DNA of 64,000 nt, taken from Vulcanimicrobiota bacterium. Its GTDB lineage: Bacteria > Vulcanimicrobiota > Vulcanimicrobiia > Eremiobacterales > Eremiobacteraceae. The stretch lies in contig CAWETU010000001.1 of NCBI GenBank assembly GCA_963812135.1, positions 1,696,001-1,760,000 on the forward strand, read 5' to 3'. Below are positions 29,327 through 39,138 of this stretch, in pieces; positions within the stretch are counted from its first letter, which is position 1; each line of letters begins with the position of its first letter. Position numbers and translations under genes: made by a program. Under the pieces are notes generated by a model. That model saw only the letters and a list, made by a program, of their open reading frames with translations, ran no database searches and was not told the origin of the DNA.

Positions 29327-30345
29327 AGCTCCACCGGCCGGCGCGCTATCATAAGGAAGAACGGCACGCCGACCAGAGCTAGCAGGACCCCAAGCGGCAG
29401 CTCCGCCGGCGCGACAACCGTGCGCGCGAATGCGTCGGCGAGCATGACGACGGCGGCTCCGCCCGCAGCGCTTGCGGGCAGCAGCCAAACGACGTCGCCG
29501 CCCACTAGGCGGCGTGCCCCGTGCGGCACCATGAGGCCGACAAATCCGACGATGCCGGACACCGCGACGCACGCTGCCGCGACGAGCGCCGCCGCCGCGA
29601 GCACGGCGAAGCGCGTTCGTTCAACAGGCACACCTAATCCAGCGGCGGCTTCGGCGCCGAGTCGCAATACGTTGAGCGGTCGCAGCAAGAACACCGTCGC
29701 ACACAGGCCGAGCGATAGATACACGACGGTCCAGCCAAGATCGCTCCAACCTCTGCCGCCGATTCCGCCGGCGAGCCAGCCGAGAATCGTGAGACTGTCG
29801 GACGCGCCGCTGCGCAACAATAGGATGGTGATCGCGGCTGCGCATAACGATGAGATCGCGATCCCGAAAAGGACGAGCCGCAGATTGGCGCTCGGCCCGG
29901 AGCCCGCAGCCAGCAGCGTGACGAGCGCGGCGCACGCCAGACCGCCGGCGAACCCGAGCACCGGCACCACGGCGAACGACAAGCCGGCGGCGATGCTCGC
30001 GCTCGCAGCGAGCGCCGCACCTGCCGACACGCCGGTCACGTACGGATCGACCAGCGGATTCCGGAAGAGCGCTTGGAGCATCGCGCCCGCGACGCCGAGG
30101 CCTGCGCCCACGCACGCCGCGATCGCCAAACGGGGCAGCCTGATATCCCAGACGATGGTGTGCGCGAGACTGGGCGCTGCTGGGTGCGCGAGCGCCGACA
30201 GGATCGAGGATGGATCGATCGGCAGGCTGCCGACAGCGAGCGAAGCGGCCGCCGCGGAGAGCGCGACGCCGCAAAGCCCGAGCAGCCAAATAGGTTTGGA
30301 TGAAAAGGCGCGCGCGGCGCCGCTATGCGAGGAGACCACTGCCAT
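29323..30345 (-). CDS. btuC: FecCD/BtuC-family ABC permease
   Basis: IRLPR, QALFRNPLVDP, GIVGFVGLMVPH, ELPLG. Confidence 0.9.
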   Translation of the reverse strand: MAVVSSHSGAARAFSSKPIWLLGLCGVALSAAAASLAVGSLPIDPSSILSALAHPAAPSLAHTIVWDIRLPRLAIAACVGAGLGVAGAMLQALFRNPLVDPYVTGVSAGAALAASASIAAGLSFAVVPVLGFAGGLACAALVTLLAAGSGPSANLRLVLFGIAISSLCAAAITILLLRSGASDSLTILGWLAGGIGGRGWSDLGWTVVYLSLGLCATVFLLRPLNVLRLGAEAAAGLGVPVERTRFAVLAAAALVAAACVAVSGIVGFVGLMVPHGARRLVGGDVVWLLPASAAGGAAVVMLADAFARTVVAPAELPLGVLLALVGVPFFLMIARRPVEL

Positions 30346-30399
30346 ACCCCTTTGACGCGAAGGGTTAGGGGCGCGATGTCGCCATCGCGCATGGGCGTC

Positions 30400-30570
30400 G
30401 GGGCAGGTCTCCTGACTTCCGGATCATCGCCTTGTGGTGCCGGCGCCTTCCCTTGCGGTGGCGCGATCGGCGGCTCCCCGGTTACAGTGGCGCGACCGTG
30501 CTGGATTTGCACCAGCTTCCCTGTCGCCCCGAGCCACGTGCGTCTTGATTTTCGCCCTCGCTCCAGGCTT
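30400..30570 (-). ncRNA. Cobalamin riboswitch (ends approximate)
   Basis: Minus strand AGGGAAGCTGGTGCAAATCCAGCACGGTCGCGCCACTGTAA and B12 box AAGTCAGGAGACCTGCC, upstream of btu genes. Confidence 0.93.
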
Positions 30571-30602
30571 CCTGTATAGCTCGTGGAGAAAAGCGCGCCG
30601 CC

Positions 30603-31460
30603 GTGCAATACTTCGAACCGAATTTTGTCGACGAGGCGTTGGTCTTATTGGACCGCTTCGCGCCCACAGCCCGCGTGCTTGCCGGCGGTACGCTGCTCGG
30701 CCCCGAGGTGCGTCGCGGCGACTCCGACACCTCGACGATCGTCAACATCAAGCGCATTCCTGAATTGAAAGATATCGGTCTGGACGGCGAGGTCTTGCGT
30801 GTCGGCGCCCTCGTCACCGCCGCCGAGCTAGCCGCCGATGACATGGTGCGCCGCTATGCTCCGCTCGTGGCGCTTGCGGCTGGCACGCTCGGTGCCCGCC
30901 AGTTGCGCAACGTCGCGACGATCGGCGGCAACCTGTGCTCGACGCATCCGGCTGCCGACATCGTCGTCGCGCTGCTTGCGAGCGACGCACGATGCGTGGT
31001 CGCTGACATCGTCGCCGGACCAACCAGCATCACCGTGGATGATTTCTTGGTACTAGCAGCGTCACGCGATCCGCGCACGTTGTTGACCGCGGTCGAGATC
31101 CCAACGATACCGGTGTCGGTCTCGTATCAAAAGATGCAAACCAGACGCGCCTTCGAGATGGCGTTGGTGGCGGCCGGCGTCGCGGTACAGATTGTGGAGG
31201 GCACGATTCGCAACGCGCGCGTGGCGCTGGGCGGCGTGGCGCCATCGGTCGTGCGGGCGCCAAACGCCGAGCTAGGATTGCTCGGCAAACGTGCCGATGA
31301 GGAGACCGCTCGCGTCGCGGCTCGTATCGCGGCCGCGCAAGACACGCGCGCCGAAGACAACCTGCATGCATCGGCCGAGTATCGGCGGCATCTCGTCGCG
31401 GTGCTGTGCGAGCGCGCGTTGCGCGACGCGTTCGCGCAGCCGCCCCGGGTCGCGAACTGA
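30603..31460 (+). CDS. Xanthine dehydrogenase family FAD-binding subunit (CoxM-like)
   Basis: LAGGT, QLRNVATIGGNL, ASAEYRR. Confidence 0.9.
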   Translation: MQYFEPNFVDEALVLLDRFAPTARVLAGGTLLGPEVRRGDSDTSTIVNIKRIPELKDIGLDGEVLRVGALVTAAELAADDMVRRYAPLVALAAGTLGARQLRNVATIGGNLCSTHPAADIVVALLASDARCVVADIVAGPTSITVDDFLVLAASRDPRTLLTAVEIPTIPVSVSYQKMQTRRAFEMALVAAGVAVQIVEGTIRNARVALGGVAPSVVRAPNAELGLLGKRADEETARVAARIAAAQDTRAEDNLHASAEYRRHLVAVLCERALRDAFAQPPRVAN

Positions 31461-31984
31461 TGCAACCGGTTACGCTCTTCGTCAACGGCACGGAGCACGA
31501 AGTCGTCGTCGAACCGCTGGAGACGCTGCTTTGCGTCTTGCGCGAGCGGCTCTCATTGACGGGCACGAAAGAGGGCTGCGGCACAGGCTACTGCGGCGCA
31601 TGCACCGTGCTCGTGGATGGCCTGGCCGTGAATGCATGTCTTTTTCCCGCGGTCGACGCCGACCGGCGAGAGGTCACGACTATCGAAGGACTAGCAGAGA
31701 ACGAAGGCTCGCTGCACCCGGTCCAAGCCGCGTTTGTCGAAAAATTCGGATTGCAATGCGGATACTGCACCCCGGGCATGATCATGGCCGCCGCATCACT
31801 GCTCGCCGAAGAACCGCAGCCAACCGCCGCGCAGACGCGAGCCGCGCTCGCCGGCAACCTTTGCCGCTGCACGGGTTATCAGACGATCGTGGCCGCCGTC
31901 GATGAAGCAGGGCGTCGCCTTCGCGCGCAAGGCCGTGCGAGCGAGCAGCCGGGCAAACGCGCACGTATCAGGGCGCGGGCATGA
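31460..31984 (+). CDS. Xanthine dehydrogenase family (2Fe-2S) subunit (CoxS-like)
   Basis: GCGTGYCGACT, QCGYCTPG, NLCRCTGY. Confidence 0.95.
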   Translation: MQPVTLFVNGTEHEVVVEPLETLLCVLRERLSLTGTKEGCGTGYCGACTVLVDGLAVNACLFPAVDADRREVTTIEGLAENEGSLHPVQAAFVEKFGLQCGYCTPGMIMAAASLLAEEPQPTAAQTRAALAGNLCRCTGYQTIVAAVDEAGRRLRAQGRASEQPGKRARIRARA

Positions 31985-34251
31985 ACAAGACGTCGATCGT
32001 CGGCAGCGTCCGTCCACGCCTCGACGCTGCGCCGAAAGTCACCGGTCAGACCCGCTACACCGCGGACTTGCCGTTCGAAGATTCGCTCGCCGGCGTCGTC
32101 AAGCGCAGCCCACACGCGTTCGCGCGCGTCTTGCGCGTCGACGTCTCGCGCGCGGAAACGATGCCCGGCGTGCGCGCGATTATCCATGCCGGCAACACAC
32201 CCGCCAAGCCGTTCGATTTTGCGATCAAAGATGCGCACTTCTTCCCCCGCCCGTACGCGCGCTATGTCGGTGAGCCGGTCGCTGCCGTCGCTGCGGACAC
32301 CGAGGTACAGGCTCGTGCTGCAGCGGATGCGATCGACGTCGAGTACGAAGTCTTGCAACCGGTGTTTGACGCGCACAGCGCCCTGCAGCCTGGCGCGACG
32401 TTGATCCATCCGGACTGGCAGCGATATGAGAAATCGCCCGCACGAGTGCTTCGCGGCAATATCTGCGGTCACAACGCCATCCGGCGCGGCGACGTCGACG
32501 CCGCCTTCGCTCGGTCCGACGTCGTGCTGCACGAATCCGAGTTTCGATTCGCGCACGCCATGGCGGGATACATCGAACCGCGGGCCGCAGCCGCTCGGCG
32601 CGAAGCCGATGGTTCGCTCACCGTCTGGTGCGGGCTGCAATCGCCGTACGAGAGCCGCGATGAGCTCGCCGCCTTCTTCGACCTCAAGCCCGAGAAGGTG
32701 CGCTTCATCAACCAATTCGTCGGCGGCGCGTTCGGCAGCAAGATCCTCATGGCCGCGGAATGGTTCGCGGCTGCCCTCGCGTTGCGCTGCGATCGAGCCG
32801 TGCGCGTCGTGTGGTCGCGTCACGAGGACGGCTTGCACGCGTTTCCCCGCCACGGCGGCACTGCGTCGTTCAAGACTGCCGCGACGCGCGACGGCGAATT
32901 GGTCGCGATGCGGGCGGCCTTCATCTACGACACCGGCGCGTACATCGGGTACGGCAACGGCACCGCGCAGATCTCGACGATGCTCGCGTCGGCTCCATAT
33001 CGCATCCCGCATCTCGATCTTCAGGGCACGCTCGTCTACACGAACAAGCATATCGCAGGTCCCGTTCGCGCGCCCGGAGCTCCGCAGGCCAACTATGCGA
33101 AGGAGTTGCACCTCGACGAGCTCGCTGCCAAGCTCAAGATCGACCCGCTCGAGTTCAGACTCCGCAACGCGTGGGAAGACGGCGACGAAGGCCCTGGCGG
33201 TCAAAAGCTCAGCGGCGTGTGCGTGAAGGAAGCGTTGCGCAAAGTCGCCGCAGCGATCGGCTGGAACAAGCCCTTGTCGGCCAACGCAGGCCGTGGAATC
33301 GCGTGCACCTGGTGGTTCTCCGCGTGCGGCGAGTCAAAGGCGCGCATCGATATCCACGATGATGGAAGCGTCTCGTTGGCGAGCGGCAATCCTGAAGTGG
33401 GCACGGGCTCGGCGTTCACGCTGCCGATACTCGCGGCCGAAGTGCTCGGCATCGATCCGCAAAGCATCGTCCTCGTCACGGCAGATACTGCGACACAGAC
33501 CTACGATTCGGGTGTCGGCGGCAGCGCCTCGACGTTCAGCGCCGGCATGGCGGTCGACTTGGCGGCGAAAGATGCGCGCGCCAAGTTGGTCGCACGAGCC
33601 GAAGAACTGCTCGAAGCTCGCGCCGAGGACATCCAGCTGCGCGACGGGCGCGCGTTCGTGCGCGGTGTGCCGGACCGCTCGGCGGGTTTCGGCGAGCTCG
33701 CGCGGTCCGCCGGCGGCTCGATCGTCGGCGAGGGCGAAAGCAGCGAACAAGACGACCCGGAATTCGATGAAGCGCTCACCGAAACTCACGGCTTCTCGAG
33801 TTGGCTCGCGCCATCGTTCGCGGCCTCGGCCGCTCAGGTCGACGTCGATCCTGACACCGGCGCGGTTGCCGTGCGCAAGGTCGTCAGCGCGCAGGACGTC
33901 GGCTTCGCGGTCAATCCAGTCGGCGCGCTCGGGCAAATCGAAGGTGGCATCGTGATGGGCGTCGGATGGGCATTGACCGAGGAACTGCGCTTCGACGAAC
34001 GCGGCAACATCAAACCCGATCTCAAAGACTATCTGATGCCGACGGCTTTGGACGCGCCCGAGATTGAGGCGATCATCATCGAATCGTCATCCGGAGTCGG
34101 ACCCTACGGACTCAAGGGCGTCGGCGAACCCCCGATCACGACGCCGCCCGCGGCGATCGCCTGCGCGATTCGCGCCGCAGTGGGCGCGGCGCCGCACGAG
34201 ACGCCGATGACGCCCGAGCGGGTCTGGCGGACGATCAACCGTGGCCGCTGA
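31981..34251 (+). CDS. Xanthine dehydrogenase family molybdopterin-binding subunit
   Basis: KVTGQTRYTAD, VGGAFGSK, GQIEGG, KGVGEPP. Confidence 0.93.
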   Translation: MNKTSIVGSVRPRLDAAPKVTGQTRYTADLPFEDSLAGVVKRSPHAFARVLRVDVSRAETMPGVRAIIHAGNTPAKPFDFAIKDAHFFPRPYARYVGEPVAAVAADTEVQARAAADAIDVEYEVLQPVFDAHSALQPGATLIHPDWQRYEKSPARVLRGNICGHNAIRRGDVDAAFARSDVVLHESEFRFAHAMAGYIEPRAAAARREADGSLTVWCGLQSPYESRDELAAFFDLKPEKVRFINQFVGGAFGSKILMAAEWFAAALALRCDRAVRVVWSRHEDGLHAFPRHGGTASFKTAATRDGELVAMRAAFIYDTGAYIGYGNGTAQISTMLASAPYRIPHLDLQGTLVYTNKHIAGPVRAPGAPQANYAKELHLDELAAKLKIDPLEFRLRNAWEDGDEGPGGQKLSGVCVKEALRKVAAAIGWNKPLSANAGRGIACTWWFSACGESKARIDIHDDGSVSLASGNPEVGTGSAFTLPILAAEVLGIDPQSIVLVTADTATQTYDSGVGGSASTFSAGMAVDLAAKDARAKLVARAEELLEARAEDIQLRDGRAFVRGVPDRSAGFGELARSAGGSIVGEGESSEQDDPEFDEALTETHGFSSWLAPSFAASAAQVDVDPDTGAVAVRKVVSAQDVGFAVNPVGALGQIEGGIVMGVGWALTEELRFDERGNIKPDLKDYLMPTALDAPEIEAIIIESSSGVGPYGLKGVGEPPITTPPAAIACAIRAAVGAAPHETPMTPERVWRTINRGR

Positions 34252-35383
34252 CGCCGACGAGATCAAACTGCGCAAAGCGCGCGTCACGTACGCGCTCAGC
34301 ATCACCGCGCTCGTCATTGCGCTGGGTTTCGCGCTCTACGTGCTGCTGCATTTCCTCGGGCGCATCCACACCGTCACGACCATCATCGTCGGCGCGGTCT
34401 TCCTCTCCTATCTCGTCGCACCATCGGTCCGCGCGCTGCGGCAGCGCGTGCCGATGTGGGCAGCCGTGCTCATCGTGTACGCTGCGATCGCGCTCGTCGT
34501 CCTCACGTTGTTGTGGTTCGCGCTGCCGCTCATCGTTTCAGAGCTGCGTCAATTCGCCACGGACACGCCGTCGCTCACACGCGCACTGCAGACGTACGCG
34601 AGCGTCAACGGGCCCTGGGCCGCACATCTACCGGATTCCGTGAGAGACTACCTCAACACGGTTCCCGCTCGAATCTCCGCCGCGATCTCCACGAACGGTG
34701 TGTCGATCACGACCGGCGCCGTCCGCGTGATCTTGATGATGGCCTCCAGTCTCGTGTTGTTGATCCTCATCCCTATCTTCGCCGCATATGCGATCATGGA
34801 CGGCGAATGGCTGCGCGGTGCACTTTTCGGACTGATCCCAAAGAGCGTCCGCCCGAAGTTCGATGAGTTCATCGACAACGTCAACGCGGCGCTTGCGGGT
34901 TACATCCGCGGGCAGTTGCTCGTCGCGGCATGCGTCGGGCTGCTCGTCACCGTTCTCTTGCTCGTGCTGCACGTCAAGTACGCGATCGCGATCGGACTCT
35001 TCGCCGGTGCATTCGAGCTCGTGCCCTATGCGGGCGCGATCGCGGGTGCGATTCCGGGCGTCGGCATCGCACTGCTCACGAACGGCTGGGAGAACGCGCT
35101 TTTCGTCGCGCTCGGTTTTGTAGCGATCAATCAGATCAGCGGTCACGTGCTCTCGCCCCTGATCGTGGGCGACACCGTCGGCCTGCGCCCGATCTTCGTG
35201 CTGCTCGCGTTGCTGATCGGCGGAGAGCTCGCCGGGCTTCGAGGACTACTGATCGCGGTGCCGGTCGCTGGATTGATCCGCGCGGTCATCATCACGTTCG
35301 TGCCATTCGATAAGACGGCGCTGCCTCAGCCGCCGCCGCCAAAACCGAAGCGCGCCAAGCCGGACGCCCCGGCTACGTCATAG
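34241..35383 (+). CDS. AI-2E (PerM) family transporter
   Basis: GYIRGQL, ELVPYAG, LSPLIVGDTVGLRP, GLLIAVP. Confidence 0.9.
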   Translation: MAADADEIKLRKARVTYALSITALVIALGFALYVLLHFLGRIHTVTTIIVGAVFLSYLVAPSVRALRQRVPMWAAVLIVYAAIALVVLTLLWFALPLIVSELRQFATDTPSLTRALQTYASVNGPWAAHLPDSVRDYLNTVPARISAAISTNGVSITTGAVRVILMMASSLVLLILIPIFAAYAIMDGEWLRGALFGLIPKSVRPKFDEFIDNVNAALAGYIRGQLLVAACVGLLVTVLLLVLHVKYAIAIGLFAGAFELVPYAGAIAGAIPGVGIALLTNGWENALFVALGFVAINQISGHVLSPLIVGDTVGLRPIFVLLALLIGGELAGLRGLLIAVPVAGLIRAVIITFVPFDKTALPQPPPPKPKRAKPDAPATS

Positions 35384-37523
35384 TCGCGATCAGATCGTAG
35401 TCTTTCGCCCAACGGGGCGGTTTGCCGAAGCCGCTCGCTGAGGCGCTGCGCCAGCCGCGCGACAAGCCGTAGCTCAGGGCACGTCGCTCTTCCGCTAAGT
35501 AAAGCGCTTTCGCGTCGAAGCGCGCGTAGTACCAGGCGAACTTCGCGGTCTGTGCTGCGCCCGGCGCGACGTTTTCACGAACGATGAGACCGTATGTCCT
35601 GGAAAACGCCATGGCGCGCGAGACGTAGATGCGCGGAAACCGCTCGTGCGCCAATCCGACGATAAAGACATGCGGCCAGCGCTCGCCTTTGGAGCCGGAG
35701 ATCGTGTCGCACGCGATGGCATCGGGGCTGCGGTCCGCTGCCCGCACGGGCAGTTCGTCTGCTTCAAACGCGCCCACGAGTTCCAGCAGCGAACGTCGGC
35801 GGCCGCTCGCACCGTCAGCCGCAAACGCCTCGATGACTCGCAGCGCATCCTGCTGCAGACGCGCTCGGCGATGCGGCGGCGCGAGGGCCCACCGGGCCGC
35901 AAACCCCCCGGCTTTCATGAGGCCCGCCAATATTGCTGGCGCGGGCATGCCCGTATATTGCTCCCGCCATCGCTCGAGTTGCCGCCGGAAACGCTCAATC
36001 ACCCCGCGTGGCTCGTCGGGCAGGCGAGCGTCCACCGTCCCCTCGAGCATGTTGCGCGCAAGCGCGGTGCGTTGGCGCTCGCTCTCGGGCCGTTTGCGTT
36101 CGTCGCCCACGCCGACGTCGAGCGCGAGCTGCGTGACAGCGGCTGGGTCCTCGCACATCGCATAAATGCTGGCGTCGGCAAGGCCGACGAGCGGTGAGGC
36201 GAGCACGCGCAGCAAGTGCTCGTGATCGGAGGGATCGTCGACGATCGCGCCGAGAGCGAGCCAATCGCCGATCTCGCGCGGCGCCGCGAAGCGATCGAGC
36301 GGCGGATCGACCGGCACGCCCAGTTCTTCGAAACGCTGCGCGTACACCGCCGCCGCATCCGCGCTTCGTGTCAGTACCGCGATCTCCGACGCCGCTGCTC
36401 CCTGCGCGAAAAGCTCGGCGATCGCACCGGCGACCGCCGCGACTTCTTCCGCCTCATCATGATACCGCGTGACGCGCGGCTCCGGCGTTGTCGTGAGCGG
36501 CACCAACACGATGCGCTCGCTTGCGTTGAGCGAGCCCAGCGCCGAGCGGCGGCCTTGCAAGCCGTCGATCGTGGAATCCGGCCAGCCGGCCAGCGTCACG
36601 CCCGGCAAGCCGGCGGCGATCAGCGCGATCACGAGATCGACCAGCGCCGCTGGGGCGTCTTCTGCATCGTCGACCAGCGCGCACGAGTATGAGCGCGCGA
36701 GCGCGCGAGCCGAGGTCGCGTCTTCTGCGAGCCAGCGGACGCCCTCGTCGACGAGGTCCTCATCCGACATCAAGGCGGCGCTGCGCGCGACGCGCAGATA
36801 TTCGCGGTAGAGCCGCCCCAACAGCACCGCAAGGCCGCGCTCCGCGCGTTTTTGCTGCTGCAAGGTCGATGCGTTGGCGCGCAGCGCATCGCGACCGCGT
36901 TTACCGACGCGGCTTTGCAGCGCCGGATCCAAGCACTTCGCGACCGCCGCTTCCACTTCGTCTCCATAGAAGGCCGTCACGCCCGCTGCGCAGCCGCGCT
37001 CGAACTCGTCAGGGGTTACCCGGCCGCTGCGCAGTTGGCGCATCAGCGCCGCCGCCTCATCGAGAAACTTATCTGGCCGGCTCAAGAACGGCAGATTGAG
37101 ATCGAGATCGGCGATCTGCAGCTCCGGCCAGCTCATGTCGAGCAAGCCAGTTGCGGCCTCGCGGATGATGACCCGCGACGCGGCGTCGCCGCCGGCGCGC
37201 AGATCGGCGCGCACTCCCGCGAGCGCATGGTGCGCGCGAAGCCAGCGCAGACAGTGTTCAGGTGCGGTGCCGACTTGGATGTCGCCGCGTGCGCCCAGCC
37301 GCTCCAACTCCTTGCGAAACGCGCGGACGCCTGAGGCGTGAGAGCAGATGACGAGGACCGGTGCGATGCCAGCACGCGCCGCGGCGCGCAACGCCAGTGC
37401 GGTCGTCTTACCCGATCCCGGCGGACCAGTCACGACCAAGACGTCGCTATCAGCCGAGGCGGCGGCGTGGATCGCCGGCGTGACGTCGATGGCGATCTCA
37501 GCGCGCAAAAACGCGCTCGCCAT
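35373..37523 (-). CDS. UvrD/SF1A helicase-like protein with degenerate motifs
   Basis: GPPGSGKT, LVDDAED, EIAVLTR, SKGERW, EERRAL. Confidence 0.75.
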   Translation of the reverse strand: MASAFLRAEIAIDVTPAIHAAASADSDVLVVTGPPGSGKTTALALRAAARAGIAPVLVICSHASGVRAFRKELERLGARGDIQVGTAPEHCLRWLRAHHALAGVRADLRAGGDAASRVIIREAATGLLDMSWPELQIADLDLNLPFLSRPDKFLDEAAALMRQLRSGRVTPDEFERGCAAGVTAFYGDEVEAAVAKCLDPALQSRVGKRGRDALRANASTLQQQKRAERGLAVLLGRLYREYLRVARSAALMSDEDLVDEGVRWLAEDATSARALARSYSCALVDDAEDAPAALVDLVIALIAAGLPGVTLAGWPDSTIDGLQGRRSALGSLNASERIVLVPLTTTPEPRVTRYHDEAEEVAAVAGAIAELFAQGAAASEIAVLTRSADAAAVYAQRFEELGVPVDPPLDRFAAPREIGDWLALGAIVDDPSDHEHLLRVLASPLVGLADASIYAMCEDPAAVTQLALDVGVGDERKRPESERQRTALARNMLEGTVDARLPDEPRGVIERFRRQLERWREQYTGMPAPAILAGLMKAGGFAARWALAPPHRRARLQQDALRVIEAFAADGASGRRRSLLELVGAFEADELPVRAADRSPDAIACDTISGSKGERWPHVFIVGLAHERFPRIYVSRAMAFSRTYGLIVRENVAPGAAQTAKFAWYYARFDAKALYLAEERRALSYGLSRGWRSASASGFGKPPRWAKDYDLIATMT

Positions 37524-39072
37524 CGGCCGGACGTTCTCGACACGCGTGAGCGTACGCGCAGTACGAACACGGCGGGTCTTCACCTGGATAGAAATGCTCG
37601 ATGCCGCCGGTCGTCAGCTCGTCGGCCCGCGCAAGGAGCGCGTCGATCGCAGCCTCCATGTCCGCCGGCGTGCACGAACCGCGTACGATTCCGCTGCGCG
37701 GGTCTCGCTCGACGACCGCCTTGCCTTGATCGTCGACCATGTCAAGGGCCATCACCGTCACGGGATCGCGCGGATCGCGCAGCGAGACTAGCGCTAACCG
37801 CCCGACATCGTCGCCTCGCGTGCGGCGGACCGCATAGTAGAGCGCAAGCTGCGCTTCGTCCCCGCGCCGCATCGCCGCGACATATGCGCGCGGGTCTTCT
37901 TCGATGCGTCCGGTCTTGTAGTCGTAGATGGTGATCGGGCCGCCGCCGGCCGGGCGGTCGATGCGGTCGATGAAGCCGACGAAGGTATAACCGCGCATCG
38001 TCCAGCGCTGCAGCGATTCGACCGCCTCAACCTGCATAGGATGGTCCTGCGCCTCGGCGCGCAGCCAACGCGCGTAGTGCGCTGCGACCGCGCGCGCGCG
38101 CAGCCGGCTCACCTCGAACTCCAAGCGCGACGCGAATTCGTCGCGATTGCGCTCGAACGCGAGATCCAATTCGCCGTGCAGCCGCTCGAGGATCGAATTC
38201 CCCGACCAATCCGCGGGCACGCGGATCGTGCGATGCAGTGCTTCAAGCGCTTCGTGGAACACCTTGCCGTAGGTGGCAGCCGCCGAGCCCTCGTCGATCA
38301 GCGCATCGCAGAGATACTCGAAGAACCACCGCCGCGGGCATTTCACAAATCCGTTCAAGCGCGAGGCCGAAAACGTCATGGCGGGCGCGACCAGCGGGCG
38401 CGCTGCTTCTGGCGCCGGCCATGACCACGCTTCCTCGTCCGGCTCGGCACCCGCAAACCACTCGGCTAAAGCATACTGCGCTGGAACATCGACGATGATG
38501 CGAAGCTGCGCCTGCTCGCCACTGCTAAGCGCGTCTGGCGCCGCGCCCAACGACTCGGCCCAACCGCCCGCCTGGACCGCAGAGCCCGGTTCGTCCGCGA
38601 ATTCGATCGATGCGGTCTGCATCGGGAGATCGTCGGCACCGCGAGGATGTAAACGAAGGCCTGCGGGAGGTTCTCCGATCGCTTCGACGATCCAGCGGCG
38701 CATCACGACGTCGGCGGCGCCAGCATGTTTCGCCATTTCGAACGCTTCCGCCAGCGAGCGAGCTTCGCTCGCTCGAACATCCGAGTTTTGCTCGGGTTCT
38801 ACATCCAGCGGCCGGCGCATCGGGTTTTCGCGGCGTAAGTGCAAGAGCAAGCGCGCCACCGCACTACGCTCCGGGTTCTCGTCGGCGATGGCGGCCGCGA
38901 ATCCCAGCTCTTCCACGCCTGCGCGATCGCATGCGGTCGCCAGCGCGCACAGCCCATCGATGAACGAGTCGTCGGTTCGCAGCGCGAGGGGCCACGGCCA
39001 TTCCCCCGCCCCAAGCGCGGCAGCCACGGCGGCGCGTCGCTCGGCGGCGAGCCTGGTCGAATCGGAATCCAT
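37498..39072 (-). CDS. PD-(D/E)XK RecB-family nuclease with AddB-type 4-Cys pattern
   Basis: FSASRL..CPRRWFF, GKVFHEALE, GFIDRID, YDYKTG, QLALY, CSYCAYAHAC. Confidence 0.88.
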   Translation of the reverse strand: MDSDSTRLAAERRAAVAAALGAGEWPWPLALRTDDSFIDGLCALATACDRAGVEELGFAAAIADENPERSAVARLLLHLRRENPMRRPLDVEPEQNSDVRASEARSLAEAFEMAKHAGAADVVMRRWIVEAIGEPPAGLRLHPRGADDLPMQTASIEFADEPGSAVQAGGWAESLGAAPDALSSGEQAQLRIIVDVPAQYALAEWFAGAEPDEEAWSWPAPEAARPLVAPAMTFSASRLNGFVKCPRRWFFEYLCDALIDEGSAAATYGKVFHEALEALHRTIRVPADWSGNSILERLHGELDLAFERNRDEFASRLEFEVSRLRARAVAAHYARWLRAEAQDHPMQVEAVESLQRWTMRGYTFVGFIDRIDRPAGGGPITIYDYKTGRIEEDPRAYVAAMRRGDEAQLALYYAVRRTRGDDVGRLALVSLRDPRDPVTVMALDMVDDQGKAVVERDPRSGIVRGSCTPADMEAAIDALLARADELTTGGIEHFYPGEDPPCSYCAYAHACRERPADGERVFAR

Positions 39073-39082
39073 TAGGAGCTTG

Positions 39083-39110
39083 TTAGACGTCGCCACTGCC
39101 GCGTACTGCG
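39083..39110 (-). repeat. Degenerate copy of the fic 3' end (partner at 39962-39989)
   Basis: 23/28 nt identical; reads AVRGSGDV* versus AVRSGGNV*. Confidence 0.7.
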
Positions 39111-39138
39111 GAGGTTGAAAAAGAAGAGCGGCAGCCCG

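Noticed and set aside
30603..34251. Aerobic CO dehydrogenase
   Set aside because: Diagnostic active-site motifs are absent and no coxDEFG genes are adjacent.
37498..39072. Cas4 or Gabija assignment
   Set aside because: No cas1/cas2 or array; the nuclease is PD-(D/E)XK type, not the OLD/TOPRIM type of GajA.
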